Assembly: GCA_964230215.1 (NCBI GenBank)
Contig: CAXRGQ010000016.1
Location: 291,982 to 355,981 of the forward strand
Direction: 5' to 3'
DNA from: Flavobacteriales bacterium
GTDB lineage: Bacteria; Bacteroidota; Bacteroidia; Flavobacteriales_D; JAUILH01
DNA: 64,000 bases
Shown piece by piece: positions 21,185-30,694 of this stretch (the first letter of the stretch is position 1; every line of letters begins with the position of its first letter). The translations under genes and the position numbers were made by a program. The notes beneath the pieces were generated by a model. The model worked only from the letters and a program-made list of their open reading frames with translations, was not told the origin of the DNA and ran no database searches.

Positions 21185-21905
21185 AGTCCTCTATTAAGGT
21201 TTGTAATTTTGATAAAGGAATTGTTCCATCCAACAAGGCTTTGCCAACGATGGCGCCTTCACAACCAATATCTGCAAGTTGTTTAATGTCATTCAAATCT
21301 GACACGCCTCCACTTGCTATCAAATTTAATTCTGGGTTTTGATTTATTAATGTCTTGTAAAGATCTAATGACGGACCGGCCATCATGCCGTCTTTTTCAA
21401 TATCCGTGGCTATACAGTATCGCAATCCCTTGTTTAGCCATTGTGAAATGAATTCGTTCACAGTATCATCACTTGTCTCTAACCAACCATGCGTGGCAAT
21501 TCTACCTGCCTTACTATCCGCTCCAAGGATTATCTTATCACTGCCGTACTTAGCTATCCACTCCAGCACAATCTCCGGGGATTTAACTGCAATACTACCT
21601 GCCGTGATTTGATTCGCACCAGACTCGAATGCAATGCGAATGTCCTCATCCGATTTAACCCCTCCTCCAAAATCTATTTTTAGGGATGTTGCTGTACAGA
21701 GTTCTTCTAAGACTTTTGAGTTCACTATTCTAGACGCTTTTGCACCATCTAAGTCAACCAAGTGCAAATACTGGACGCCTGCATCTTCGTAGGACTTTGC
21801 AATTTCTAGCGGACTACCATTATAGCTGGTTTTCCTTCCATAATCACCCTGTGCTAAACGAACACACTTTCCGTCAATTATATCTATCGCTGGAATGATT
21901 CTCAT
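21177..21905 (-). CDS. hisA: 1-(5-phosphoribosyl)-5-[(5-phosphoribosylamino)methylideneamino]imidazole-4-carboxamide isomerase
   Basis: [25 protein letters not shown] and IASGGVS motifs. Operon position. Confidence 0.95.
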   Translation of the reverse strand: MRIIPAIDIIDGKCVRLAQGDYGRKTSYNGSPLEIAKSYEDAGVQYLHLVDLDGAKASRIVNSKVLEELCTATSLKIDFGGGVKSDEDIRIAFESGANQITAGSIAVKSPEIVLEWIAKYGSDKIILGADSKAGRIATHGWLETSDDTVNEFISQWLNKGLRYCIATDIEKDGMMAGPSLDLYKTLINQNPELNLIASGGVSDLNDIKQLADIGCEGAIVGKALLDGTIPLSKLQTLIEDYA

Positions 21906-22480
21906 AATTTCATAAAGTTTTTGAGTATTGTCTCACCGAGTTCCCCAGATTTTTCAGGGTGGAGCTGACATGCATAAAAATTACCTTTTTCTAAGGCCGC
22001 TGAGAAAGGTGTACCGTAATCGCACTCAGCAATTGTATGATTGCATATGTCTGCCTTAAAGCTATGGACAAAATATACATCTCCCCCCTCAACTCCTTCA
22101 AACAATGGTGATTTAAGTTTACTGATGGTGTTCCAACCCATATGAGGGATTTTCGGTACATCCGTAAACGCTCTAACTTGCACGTCAAAAATTCCAAGCC
22201 CCTCGACCATACTTTCTTCAGTTGATTTGCATAATAGTTGCATGCCCAAACAAATGCCAAATACATCTTGTTTCAAGTTTGGGATTAGTACATCTAAACC
22301 AGAATTTTTCAGCGCATTCATTGCATATGCGGCTTCTCCAACTCCTGGAAAAAAGACCTTGTCTGCCGATGAAATCTCTTCTACATTAGAGCTCAGCTTG
22401 GACTCCACTCCAATGCGTTCAAGGGCAAAAGCTAAACTTTGCACGTTGCCTGCTCCGTAATCTATGATAATCGTCTTCAT
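21902..22480 (-). CDS. hisH: imidazole glycerol phosphate synthase glutamine amidotransferase subunit
   Basis: IIDYGAGNVQS, GICLGMQLL (catalytic Cys), HMGWN and YFVHSF motifs. Confidence 0.95.
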   Translation of the reverse strand: MKTIIIDYGAGNVQSLAFALERIGVESKLSSNVEEISSADKVFFPGVGEAAYAMNALKNSGLDVLIPNLKQDVFGICLGMQLLCKSTEESMVEGLGIFDVQVRAFTDVPKIPHMGWNTISKLKSPLFEGVEGGDVYFVHSFKADICNHTIAECDYGTPFSAALEKGNFYACQLHPEKSGELGETILKNFMKL

Positions 22481-23584
22481 TTATAACACTCCTTTTGTAC
22501 TCGGAATTGAGTTATTGCTCGCATCCTTCTTCACCGCTTGTTTAACTGCTCTGGCAAAGGCCTTAAATATGCTTTCAATTTTGTGGTGATCGTTCTCCCC
22601 TGTACATTTTATATTCAAATTACACTTGGCCTCATCACTAAATGACTTGAAAAAATGATGAAACATATTCGCATCAATGCTTCCAATTTGAGCTTGAGAA
22701 AACTCAACATCCCACACCAGCCATGGCCGACCGCCAAAATCTATACTTACACTCGCTTCACAATCATCCATGGGGAGCACGAATGCATAACGTTCAATTC
22801 CCGCTTTTTTCCCTAGCGCAAGTCTAAATGCGCTTCCCAATGCAAGTGCTGTATCTTCAATAGTGTGATGTTCATCAATCTCTAAATCACCTTTGACTTG
22901 TAGGTTTAGACCAATGCCACCATGACGCATTACCTGATCTAACATGTGATTGAAAAAAGGAATTTCCGTGTTTATTGAACTATTGCTTGTATCGTCAAGA
23001 TTAAGCTCTATCTGAATCTTGGTTTCATTTGTATTCCTAAGCACTTTAGACTTTCGGTTGAGCCCAGTTAAAAAACGATAAATCTCATTCCACGATTTAG
23101 TCACAAGGCTTGCTGAACTGTCCCTTGCGTCTTCTTCGGTACCAATAAATATTCCTTGCGCCCCCAAGTTCTTAGCAAGCTCGATATCGCTCCATCTATC
23201 ACCAATCACAAGCGAATTTTCCAAGTCATAGTCTCCATTCAAGTATCGCGTAAGCATTGCTGTACCTGGCTTCCTAGTGGGGGCGTTTTGTTCAGGAAAC
23301 GTCCTGTCAATATGCACATCTGCGAATACGATTCCCTCATTTTTAAAGGCTTGTATTATTTTATTGTGGGCTGGCCAAAAGGTGTCTTCTGGAAATGAAT
23401 CTGTGCCCAAGCCGTCTTGGTTGGTTACCATTACAATTTCATAATCCAGCTCTTTTGCAATTTTTGAGAGGTTTGAAAAGACACCAGGGTAATACTCAAG
23501 CTTTTCTAAACTATCCAATTGATAATCCAATGGCGGCTCAATAACCAAGGTGCCGTCTCGATCTATAAAGAGTACTTTTTTCAT
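22481..23584 (-). CDS. hisB: bifunctional histidinol-phosphatase / imidazoleglycerol-phosphate dehydratase
   Basis: HAD motif FIDRDGTL directly after the ATG at 23584, which overlaps the hisC stop as ATGA. IGPD motifs DxHHxxE (IDEHHTIED) and [16 protein letters not shown]. The ORF-track N-terminal extension is rejected. Confidence 0.9.
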   Translation of the reverse strand: MKKVLFIDRDGTLVIEPPLDYQLDSLEKLEYYPGVFSNLSKIAKELDYEIVMVTNQDGLGTDSFPEDTFWPAHNKIIQAFKNEGIVFADVHIDRTFPEQNAPTRKPGTAMLTRYLNGDYDLENSLVIGDRWSDIELAKNLGAQGIFIGTEEDARDSSASLVTKSWNEIYRFLTGLNRKSKVLRNTNETKIQIELNLDDTSNSSINTEIPFFNHMLDQVMRHGGIGLNLQVKGDLEIDEHHTIEDTALALGSAFRLALGKKAGIERYAFVLPMDDCEASVSIDFGGRPWLVWDVEFSQAQIGSIDANMFHHFFKSFSDEAKCNLNIKCTGENDHHKIESIFKAFARAVKQAVKKDASNNSIPSTKGVL

Positions 23585-24603
23585 TTTTCTAGTTTTTTGA
23601 GTGCTGAAATTAATTGGCTGTTTTCCTCTGGTGTTCCTATTGAAATTCGCAGACAATTTTCACAATTATATTGATTTGATCGATTGCGCACAACTATCCC
23701 TTCATTAACAAGCGATTTATAAATGGTGTTCGCATCATTGAATCGTGCCAGTATAAAGTTTGCGTCAGAAGGAAATACTTCAGAGATATAATTTATGTTT
23801 TGAAGCTCAGATGCCAATCGAGAACGCTCTGATTTAATAATTTGCAGTTCCTTTTCCACATCCACCCTATTCTTAAGGCGATTTATTGCTGCAATTTGAT
23901 TCAGAACACTCACATTATAGGGCATTTTCATTTTATTAAGTGTCGCTATGATTGCTTTAGATGCCACCGCACACCCTACTCTAATTCCCGCCATTCCGTA
24001 TGCCTTGGATAAGGTTCTGCTCACGATCAAATTTGGAAACTTCTCAAGCAAACACACAGCAGATGGTTTTTCCGCAAATTCGATATATGCTTCATCCACA
24101 ACCACAAGACTAGTTGTCGCCCCACAAATTTGTTCAATGCTTTCAAATGGAATTAGCTCACCAGTTGGATTATTGGGCGAGCACAATACAATGACTTTGG
24201 TTTTGGGTGAAATTGCTGACACCAATTCGCCCGCATCCAGAGAAAAATCACTTTTGAGTTTCACCGCATTAATCACTACACTATTAATGTCTGCAAGCAC
24301 CTTATACATTCCATAGCTAGGGTCAATAGTTAAAATCTCATCTTGTTTTGGTTCGCAATAAGAGCGAATTATCATGTCTAGAATCTCATCACTCCCATTC
24401 CCGACAACCATATTAGCTGCATTACAGCCAATCGCTTCACTCCATAATGATCTAAGTTCTGTGTGACGGGGATCTGGATAGCGGTTCACCTCCGTTTCAA
24501 AAGGATTTTCATTAGCATCCAAATACACGTCCGCTATATCTGTAAATTGATCTCTAGCCGAACTATAAGGAGTTAATTTCTCAATGTTATCTCTTGCTTT
24601 CAT
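23581..24603 (-). CDS. hisC: histidinol-phosphate aminotransferase
   Basis: Class II aminotransferase pattern: [28 protein letters not shown] (PLP Lys). Operon position. Confidence 0.9.
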   Translation of the reverse strand: MKARDNIEKLTPYSSARDQFTDIADVYLDANENPFETEVNRYPDPRHTELRSLWSEAIGCNAANMVVGNGSDEILDMIIRSYCEPKQDEILTIDPSYGMYKVLADINSVVINAVKLKSDFSLDAGELVSAISPKTKVIVLCSPNNPTGELIPFESIEQICGATTSLVVVDEAYIEFAEKPSAVCLLEKFPNLIVSRTLSKAYGMAGIRVGCAVASKAIIATLNKMKMPYNVSVLNQIAAINRLKNRVDVEKELQIIKSERSRLASELQNINYISEVFPSDANFILARFNDANTIYKSLVNEGIVVRNRSNQYNCENCLRISIGTPEENSQLISALKKLEK

Positions 24604-25874
24604 TTCAAAGTGTTTAAGCGAACTGTAACAGCATTTTTGTGTGCGTCCAAGCCTTCATTTTCTGCCATTACTTCTACGATTCTACCAATATTCTGAATAC
24701 CTTTCTTACTCAATTTTTGGAAGGTTATTTGTTTTTGAAAACTCGCCAAATTCACTCCAGAATACGCGCGGGCATAGCCATTCGTTGGCAAGGTGTGATT
24801 CGTTCCGGAGGCATAATCACCAACACTTTCGGGCGAATATGGGCCGACAAAAACGGAGCCTGCATTAACGATTCCTGCTAACAAATCATCAGCATTAGAT
24901 GTATTTATTATAAGGTGTTCGGGTGCATATTGATTGCTTACTTGTACACATTCATTCAACGAGTCCAGAACAATAATGCGTGCAAATTTCAATGCTTCAC
25001 GAGCAATCTCTTTACGTAATAAATCTTCCAATTGTGTGTAAGTAACTTCCTTGACTTTCTTAGCTAGTTCTTGCGAATCAGTTAGAAGGATTACCTGACT
25101 ATCTTCACCGTGTTCAGCCTGGGACAATAAATCTGCCGCAATAAACTCAGGATTTGCTAATTCATCTGCGATTACAAGCACTTCAGATGGACCTGCCGGC
25201 ATATCTATAGCGACTCCATATTTTTGCGCATATTGTTTTGCATAGGTTACATATTGATTACCTGGGCCGAATAATTTATTGACCGCAGAAATACTCTCTG
25301 TACCTAGTGTCATTGCTGCAATGGCTTGCGCACCTCCTACAAGATTCACTTCAGATAATCCAGAGACTTCTAGGGCATATGCGATGGCTGGATTGAGTCC
25401 GCCTTCAGCATTTGGCGGCGTGCACACTACAACTTCTTTGCAGCCCGCAATATCTGCAGGAATAGCAAGCATAAGCACAGTAGAGAATAAGGGGGCTGAA
25501 CCTCCAGGAATATAGATACCAACTTTCTCAATTCCAACGGATTCTCTCCAACATTCAACGCCAGGCATAGTTTCAACCACGGCCTTACTAGATTGTTGTG
25601 CAGCGTGGAACTCTCGAATATTCGAACTGGCTTTAGAAATAGCCGATTTTAATTCGGGTGACAATTGACTCCCATAGCCCATGCAGGACACCTTTTGTTT
25701 AAGCGCTGGACATTGATCGAACTTCTTACCAAGCAGCACCAGCGCTTCATCTCCGTATTCTCGAACTGCATCAAAGACATCTTTTATTGTAGCTTCAAGA
25801 TTAGCTTGCTCCACAACTGGCCTTTGCATAGCCTTTCTTAGCTCATTGGCTTCTGGTTTAACTAGAATATCCAT
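24600..25874 (-). CDS. hisD: histidinol dehydrogenase
   Basis: GIYIPGG.APL, SQAEHGEDSQ, APEHL and HTLPT motifs. Confidence 0.95.
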   Translation of the reverse strand: MDILVKPEANELRKAMQRPVVEQANLEATIKDVFDAVREYGDEALVLLGKKFDQCPALKQKVSCMGYGSQLSPELKSAISKASSNIREFHAAQQSSKAVVETMPGVECWRESVGIEKVGIYIPGGSAPLFSTVLMLAIPADIAGCKEVVVCTPPNAEGGLNPAIAYALEVSGLSEVNLVGGAQAIAAMTLGTESISAVNKLFGPGNQYVTYAKQYAQKYGVAIDMPAGPSEVLVIADELANPEFIAADLLSQAEHGEDSQVILLTDSQELAKKVKEVTYTQLEDLLRKEIAREALKFARIIVLDSLNECVQVSNQYAPEHLIINTSNADDLLAGIVNAGSVFVGPYSPESVGDYASGTNHTLPTNGYARAYSGVNLASFQKQITFQKLSKKGIQNIGRIVEVMAENEGLDAHKNAVTVRLNTLK

Positions 25875-26731
25875 TATGCAATCATTTTTTGAATAGGTAC
25901 TATTAGAATGCCTTCTGCTCCAGCATCTCTCAATGATTCGATTCTATCCCAAAAATCATCCTCATTGATCACTGAGTGCACCGAACTCCAGCCTTCTTCT
26001 TTAAGTGGCATTACTGTCGGACTTTTCACGCCGGGTAATAAGGCGCAAATGGTCTCTAGTTTATCGTTAGGCGCATTCAATAACACATATTGATTTTTCT
26101 TCGCAGCAAGTACCGATTTTATTCTAAAACAAAGACGTTCGAGAATTGCAGATTGTTCATCCCCAAGTTTCATATTTCTTACAAGCTCTGCTTCACTTTT
26201 AAGAATTACAAAACTTTCCTTTAATCCATTTTTGAAGAGTGTACTGCCGCTACTCACAATATCACAGATAGCATCCGCAATACCAATATTGGGTGCAATT
26301 TCTACCGAGCCTCCAATTGCGTGAATCTCTGCGGTAATACCCTTGCTTTCAAGAAAACTATTAAGTGTTACAGGATATGAAGTTGCTATTCGCTTTCCAT
26401 TAAAGTAGTCTATACCGCCAACCTCAGCGTCCTTAGGAACGGCCAGAGATACCCGACATTTGCTAAATCCTAGTTTAAGGGCAGATTCGGCTTTTCCAGG
26501 TTGCTCCACCAAGGTGTTTCCGCCGAGTATAGCACAATCTACCACTCCGGATGCCACGTATTTAGGGATGTCCGAGTTTCTTAAGAATAGTATGTCCAAT
26601 GGAAAGTTAGGTGATGCAGCTTTTAGCTGATCTTTGCTGTTATCAATATCGATTCCGCACTCCTTAAGAAGTTTAATCGATCCATCTTTAAGTCTACCTG
26701 ATTTTTGTACGGCTAATTGTAATCGTTTCAT
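25874..26731 (-). CDS. hisG: ATP phosphoribosyltransferase (long form)
   Basis: LAVQKSGRL, DIVSSGSTL and a C-terminal regulatory domain (285 aa). First gene of the operon. Confidence 0.9.
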   Translation of the reverse strand: MKRLQLAVQKSGRLKDGSIKLLKECGIDIDNSKDQLKAASPNFPLDILFLRNSDIPKYVASGVVDCAILGGNTLVEQPGKAESALKLGFSKCRVSLAVPKDAEVGGIDYFNGKRIATSYPVTLNSFLESKGITAEIHAIGGSVEIAPNIGIADAICDIVSSGSTLFKNGLKESFVILKSEAELVRNMKLGDEQSAILERLCFRIKSVLAAKKNQYVLLNAPNDKLETICALLPGVKSPTVMPLKEEGWSSVHSVINEDDFWDRIESLRDAGAEGILIVPIQKMIA

Positions 26732-26765
26732 AATTTTTCAATTTGGCCGTCTGAAGAGATGAGAT

Positions 26766-26795
26766 AAAAAAAGCCCGTCTTTTCAGACGGGCTTT
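26766..26795 (-). terminator. his operon attenuator terminator (between leader peptide and hisG)
   Basis: Minus strand AAAGCCCGTCT-GAAA-AGACGGGCTTT forms an 11-bp stem with a GAAA tetraloop and runs into a 7-U tract, 34 nt upstream of the hisG ATG. Confidence 0.8.
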
Positions 26796-26837
26796 ATACT
26801 AGTTTCTATATTATTCTACATAGCATCTTAAGCTCGT

Positions 26838-26885
26838 CTATTGACAAGTATAATGATGATGCATATGTAAACTACTGTTTCTCAT
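26838..26885 (-). CDS. hisL: his operon leader peptide MRNSSLHMHHHYTCQ (15 aa)
   Basis: ATG AGA AAC AGT AGT TTA CAT ATG CAT CAT CAT TAT ACT TGT CAA TAG read directly from the minus strand. 4 of 15 codons are His, three of them consecutive. It lies between a TATATTTG box and the attenuator hairpin. Confidence 0.7.
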   Translation of the reverse strand: MRNSSLHMHHHYTCQ

Positions 26886-26923
26886 TTCTGTCGGTAAATA
26901 TAAAACAAAGGATTTTAAATCTC

Positions 26924-26931
26924 CAAATATA
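26924..26931 (-). promoter_or_regulatory. candidate -7 box TATATTTG for the his leader transcript
   Basis: Exact TAnnTTTG on the minus strand, 38 nt upstream of the leader ATG. No clear -33 element. Confidence 0.35.
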
Positions 26932-26955
26932 TGTTCATGTTTGCTATGACTTAGC

Positions 26956-26963
26956 TACCTTTG
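26956..26963 (+). promoter_or_regulatory. -7 promoter box TACCTTTG
   Basis: Exact TAnnTTTG, 5 nt upstream of the ATG at 26969. Confidence 0.4.
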
Positions 26964-26968
26964 CACGC

Positions 26969-28099
26969 ATGAGCGAAACGCCTGGAAGGTTTGATTTACT
27001 TGGAGAAAGACTGCGTGAAAATATTTTTCAAAAAGCCAAGTTTTTACTCAAAGTTGACCGCAGGATTAAGTGGTTGGGCGCTGGGATGTTCTGTTTTGCT
27101 CTCTTCAGTGTAATGTCCTTTTATCCAGAACTGGTTGAGAAATACTACTCTCAAGGTCTATTCCCAATTATTCGCACAGCCTATGATTACACCATTGGAA
27201 TTTTACCATTTTCTGCTACTATCTGGCTAAATCTGGTGTTTTTTATCTGGTTTTCATTCAAACTATTTAAGTACATCAATTTTAACATCAGTAATAGGGA
27301 TGTAAGCATTATCAATCGCGTAAAGTACTCTGCCTTAGCGGCTGGCTCTTTTTTAGGTAAAATCTCTGTTGTATTCTTTGTAGGCTGGGGTTTCAATTAT
27401 TATCGAACGCCAATTGAAGACTACACACAAATTGAAATGCGCTCGCTTACCACTCAAGATATGGTAGTAGAAGCCAATATTGCCAGAAAACTAATAATCG
27501 AAAAAAGAAAACAAATTCCAAACCTAGCTCCGAATCAGCCATTTGACGCGAGTTTCTTGCCTGATGATATTGAGAATGTAATGCGCTACAACCTAAATAA
27601 AGCCATGTACATGATGGGCTATCCCACCCCGGGTAATGTTCGTTGTAGAATAATCAATAACGATTATTGGTTAAGGACGGTAGGTTATACAGGGATGTAT
27701 GTAAGTTTTTATGGTGAAGCCCTAGTCAGCGACAAAATTGCGCCAGTATTTAGACCCTTTTTTATTGCGCATGAAATGGCACACGGCTATGGTTTCTTTG
27801 ATGAAGCAGATGCCAATTTCTTTGCATATATGGCATGTTTGCAATCGGATGACCCTGCAATAAACTACAGTGGAATGATTGCTCATCTTATATATATACA
27901 ACATGAGTTAGAAGGCATAACATTTGTTTATCCAGATGCGATTCGTACAGATTTGCGATCGAATGGAATGTTCGGTAGCCAAGAAGAATATAACCGAATG
28001 ATACTACTCGTTCATGCATGGCGCCAGAAATATCCGATGAAGATGAAAACGGTGATTCACCCCCATAAGAAGGATATTGAGAGAGATTATTCTTATTAG
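26969..28099 (+). CDS. DUF3810-like membrane protein with HExxH metalloprotease-type motif
   Basis: N-terminal TM segments and FFIAHEMAHGYGF (HExxH). Size and layout are typical of Bacteroidota DUF3810 proteins. Confidence 0.65.
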   Translation: MSETPGRFDLLGERLRENIFQKAKFLLKVDRRIKWLGAGMFCFALFSVMSFYPELVEKYYSQGLFPIIRTAYDYTIGILPFSATIWLNLVFFIWFSFKLFKYINFNISNRDVSIINRVKYSALAAGSFLGKISVVFFVGWGFNYYRTPIEDYTQIEMRSLTTQDMVVEANIARKLIIEKRKQIPNLAPNQPFDASFLPDDIENVMRYNLNKAMYMMGYPTPGNVRCRIINNDYWLRTVGYTGMYVSFYGEALVSDKIAPVFRPFFIAHEMAHGYGFFDEADANFFAYMACLQSDDPAINYSGMIAHLIYIQHELEGITFVYPDAIRTDLRSNGMFGSQEEYNRMILLVHAWRQKYPMKMKTVIHPHKKDIERDYSY

Positions 28100-28135
28100 G
28101 GATTTGACTAGATGACTGGTTGATTAGTTGATTAG

Positions 28136-28165
28136 AAAAAAAGCCTCTCCAAATTGGAAAGGCTT
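28136..28165 (-). terminator. rho-independent terminator for rocD (possibly bidirectional)
   Basis: AAGCCTCTCC-AAATT-GGAAAGGCTT hairpin with one mismatch. The A7 tract on the plus side gives U7 after the stem on the minus strand. Confidence 0.6.
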
Positions 28166-28192
28166 ATAAATTCGAATCATTGAAATCAGGCC

Positions 28193-29470
28193 TTAAGCAC
28201 TGTATTCCATCAAAGTTTTTTCGATAATTGCTACACACTGCATCAATTCATCTTCCGTCATAACCAAAGGTGGCGCAAAACGAATGATATTACCGTGTGT
28301 TGGTTTCGCTAACAAACCGTTATCTCTCAGCTGCAAACAAATATTCCATGCTGTTTTGCTGTCTGGTGTATCGTTAATCAGAATTGCATTCAACAATCCT
28401 TTCCCGCGCACTGCATTCACTAAATCTGTTTTTTCGATAATGCGGTTCATCTCATTTCTGAAAATCTCCCCTAACTTATATGCGTTCTCCGCGAGCTTTT
28501 CATTCTTGACAACTTCTAAAGCAGCAACAGCAACTTTAGCAGCCACTGGATTCCCGCCGAATGTTGATCCATGCTGTCCTGGTTGAATTACATCCATAAT
28601 GTGATTATCACATAAAACAGCTGATACAGGATACATTCCGCCAGACAACGCTTTTCCAAGAATCAAAATATCTGGTTTTACCTCTGGTTCACCTGAACAG
28701 TTTTTATCAGCACATGAGCAGTTCCCACATGTTGCTAATAATCTTCCAGTCCTAGCAATACCAGTCTGCACTTCATCCGCAATAAAAAGAACATCTTTCT
28801 CTTTACACATTTCACGTGCAGTCTTTAAGTATCCTTCATCCGGAACAAATACGCCAGCTTCACCTTGAATTGGTTCTACCATGAATCCAGCGATATTCTC
28901 TTCATTTAGAGCTTTCTCCAGAGCTTCCAAATCATTATGCGGAATACTGATAAAACCTGGAGTAAATGGCCCAAAGTTATTTCTTGCATCTGGATCATTC
29001 GAAAAACTAACTATTGTAGTTGTTCTGCCGTGGAAGTTATCTTCACACACAATGATTTTAGCTTCATTGGTCGGAATTCCTTTCACTTCATATGACCATT
29101 TTCTACAAATTTTTATAGCAGTTTCAACAGCTTCCGCTCCTGTATTCATTGGCAATACTTTATCAAAACCAAAGAAATCAGTGATATATTTTTCATACGG
29201 TCCTAGTGCATCATTATAAAATGCTCTTGATGTTAAAGCCAATGTTGATGCCTGATCATTCATTGCTTTCACAATTGCAGGATGACAGTGCCCCTGATTT
29301 ACGGCTGAATATGCTGAAAGGAAGTCAAAGTATTTTTTGCCTTCACAATCCCACACATACACACCTTCTCCTCTACTTAATACAACCGGAAGGGGATGAT
29401 AATTATGAGCCCCGTGTTTATCCTCAAGGCGTATCGCTTCTTCCGAACTTAGTTTTGTTGCAGTTTCCAT
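28193..29470 (-). CDS. rocD: ornithine--oxo-acid aminotransferase
   Basis: Class III aminotransferase motifs: [43 protein letters not shown]. Contains a Cys-rich insertion (see findings). Confidence 0.9.
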   Translation of the reverse strand: METATKLSSEEAIRLEDKHGAHNYHPLPVVLSRGEGVYVWDCEGKKYFDFLSAYSAVNQGHCHPAIVKAMNDQASTLALTSRAFYNDALGPYEKYITDFFGFDKVLPMNTGAEAVETAIKICRKWSYEVKGIPTNEAKIIVCEDNFHGRTTTIVSFSNDPDARNNFGPFTPGFISIPHNDLEALEKALNEENIAGFMVEPIQGEAGVFVPDEGYLKTAREMCKEKDVLFIADEVQTGIARTGRLLATCGNCSCADKNCSGEPEVKPDILILGKALSGGMYPVSAVLCDNHIMDVIQPGQHGSTFGGNPVAAKVAVAALEVVKNEKLAENAYKLGEIFRNEMNRIIEKTDLVNAVRGKGLLNAILINDTPDSKTAWNICLQLRDNGLLAKPTHGNIIRFAPPLVMTEDELMQCVAIIEKTLMEYSA

Positions 29471-29510
29471 AACTAAACGATTTTAAGATTAATAAATACG
29501 TCCTCGTCGC

Positions 29511-29557
29511 GGAGAGAGACCATCCTTTCCTCATTTTTGGAGAGAAATCATCCTTCT
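29511..29557. repeat. imperfect 19-nt direct repeat in the rocD upstream region
   Basis: GGAGAGAGACCATCCTTTC (29511-29529) and GGAGAGAAATCATCCTTCT (29539-29557) match at 15 of 19 positions, with a 28-nt period. Confidence 0.6.
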
Positions 29558-29624
29558 TTACAAATATAATGAGATGCTTGAGAAATTCCGTACTTTTAGG
29601 CTACAAATCCAAGAATATAAGATT

Positions 29625-30167
29625 ATGAGTGCATCCCAAGAAAAGGAAATTGAAGTAGCTGAGTTTACGCCGAAAATCAAAACCTATATTCTTCTTCAAA
29701 TAGCTTTTTATCTTGTTGTATCTGTAATTGGAATACCCCTTGCCATCTTATGGTTTTTAGGTATCGGACAATGGTACGGAAGACGCTACTACAAAAGTTT
29801 GGTATGTGATTTAACGGAAAAGCATTTACGTTTTAGAAAAGGCGTAATTTTTAAGGTCGAGAAAACTATTCCACTAGAAAACATCCAGAATTTAACCTTT
29901 ATTGAAAATCCATTATTATCATGGCTTGAGTTGCGCATTCTAAAAATTGAAACTGCCGGGCAAAGCAATCCGCACGGCAGTGATATGAAATTAGTAGGAA
30001 TTATTGGCTCAGGTGATTTCAAAGACCGCGTTCTTAAACAACGATCTTTACTACTTAAAAAGGAGAGCTCTGGCTCAAATGATTCAACGTACAATTCGAC
30101 CATAAAAGCTAGTTTGGATGAGATCACTCAATTACTAAAGGACATTAAAGCAAATACAAGCAAATGA
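29625..30167 (+). CDS. membrane-anchored bacterial PH domain (bPH_2 / YdbS-like) protein
   Basis: Two N-terminal TM helices followed by a ...LRFRKGVIFKVEKTIPLENIQNL... pattern typical of bPH_2. The start is uncertain (29574 or 29625). Confidence 0.6.
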   Translation: MSASQEKEIEVAEFTPKIKTYILLQIAFYLVVSVIGIPLAILWFLGIGQWYGRRYYKSLVCDLTEKHLRFRKGVIFKVEKTIPLENIQNLTFIENPLLSWLELRILKIETAGQSNPHGSDMKLVGIIGSGDFKDRVLKQRSLLLKKESSGSNDSTYNSTIKASLDEITQLLKDIKANTSK

Positions 30168-30676
30168 AAGATTACCCGTTCGACGAATACTTCAAGTATT
30201 ACCGTGATTTAGTTAAAGTTGAGGATCCGGTGCAAGCAATGAAAGCTTCATTTGAAGTAAATGCGCTCATGCTAAAAGAGATATCGGATGAAATCGGGAA
30301 TCATACCTATGCTGAGGGGAAATGGTCGGTTAAACAATTAATTATGCACATAATTGACACTGAGCGCGTATTTAACTATCGTGCTATGTGTATTGCCAGA
30401 GATGGTGGTGACAATCTACCAGGCTTTGACCATGATTTGTTCGCCGAACACCGCTATCACAACGTAAAACCAATGGCTCAAATCCTCCGTGAATACGTTA
30501 CCACAAGAGCTGCGTCTATAGAATTATTCTCTGGTTTTTTAGATGAGGAAATGGAAAAAGTAGGCAGTGCCAATGGTCTCAAGATTGATGTAGAAACACT
30601 TGCTTTTTTAATTACAGGTCACGAAATGCATCACATGTCAGTATTAAGTGATAAATATTTGCAAGCTTTCGCCTAA
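30164..30676 (+). CDS. DinB-family protein
   Basis: 170 aa with conserved His spacing (HIIDTERVF...HEMHH) typical of DinB_2. 4-nt overlap with the upstream gene. Confidence 0.7.
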   Translation: MKDYPFDEYFKYYRDLVKVEDPVQAMKASFEVNALMLKEISDEIGNHTYAEGKWSVKQLIMHIIDTERVFNYRAMCIARDGGDNLPGFDHDLFAEHRYHNVKPMAQILREYVTTRAASIELFSGFLDEEMEKVGSANGLKIDVETLAFLITGHEMHHMSVLSDKYLQAFA

Positions 30677-30694
30677 TATTTGTTGTTTTGCAGC

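Noticed and set aside
20799-25515. Plus-strand ORFs of 61-122 aa inside the his operon (for example 20799-21002, 21385-21612, 22227-22460, 23948-24316, 25279-25515).
   Set aside because: They lie antisense to strongly supported his genes. Their products are low-complexity with no motifs and they have no promoter context. They are typical shadow ORFs.
28100-28135. Short tandem TGATTAG/TTGATTAG repeats after the DUF3810 gene.
   Set aside because: There are only two or three copies of a 7-8-mer in an AT-rich spacer, which is indistinguishable from chance.
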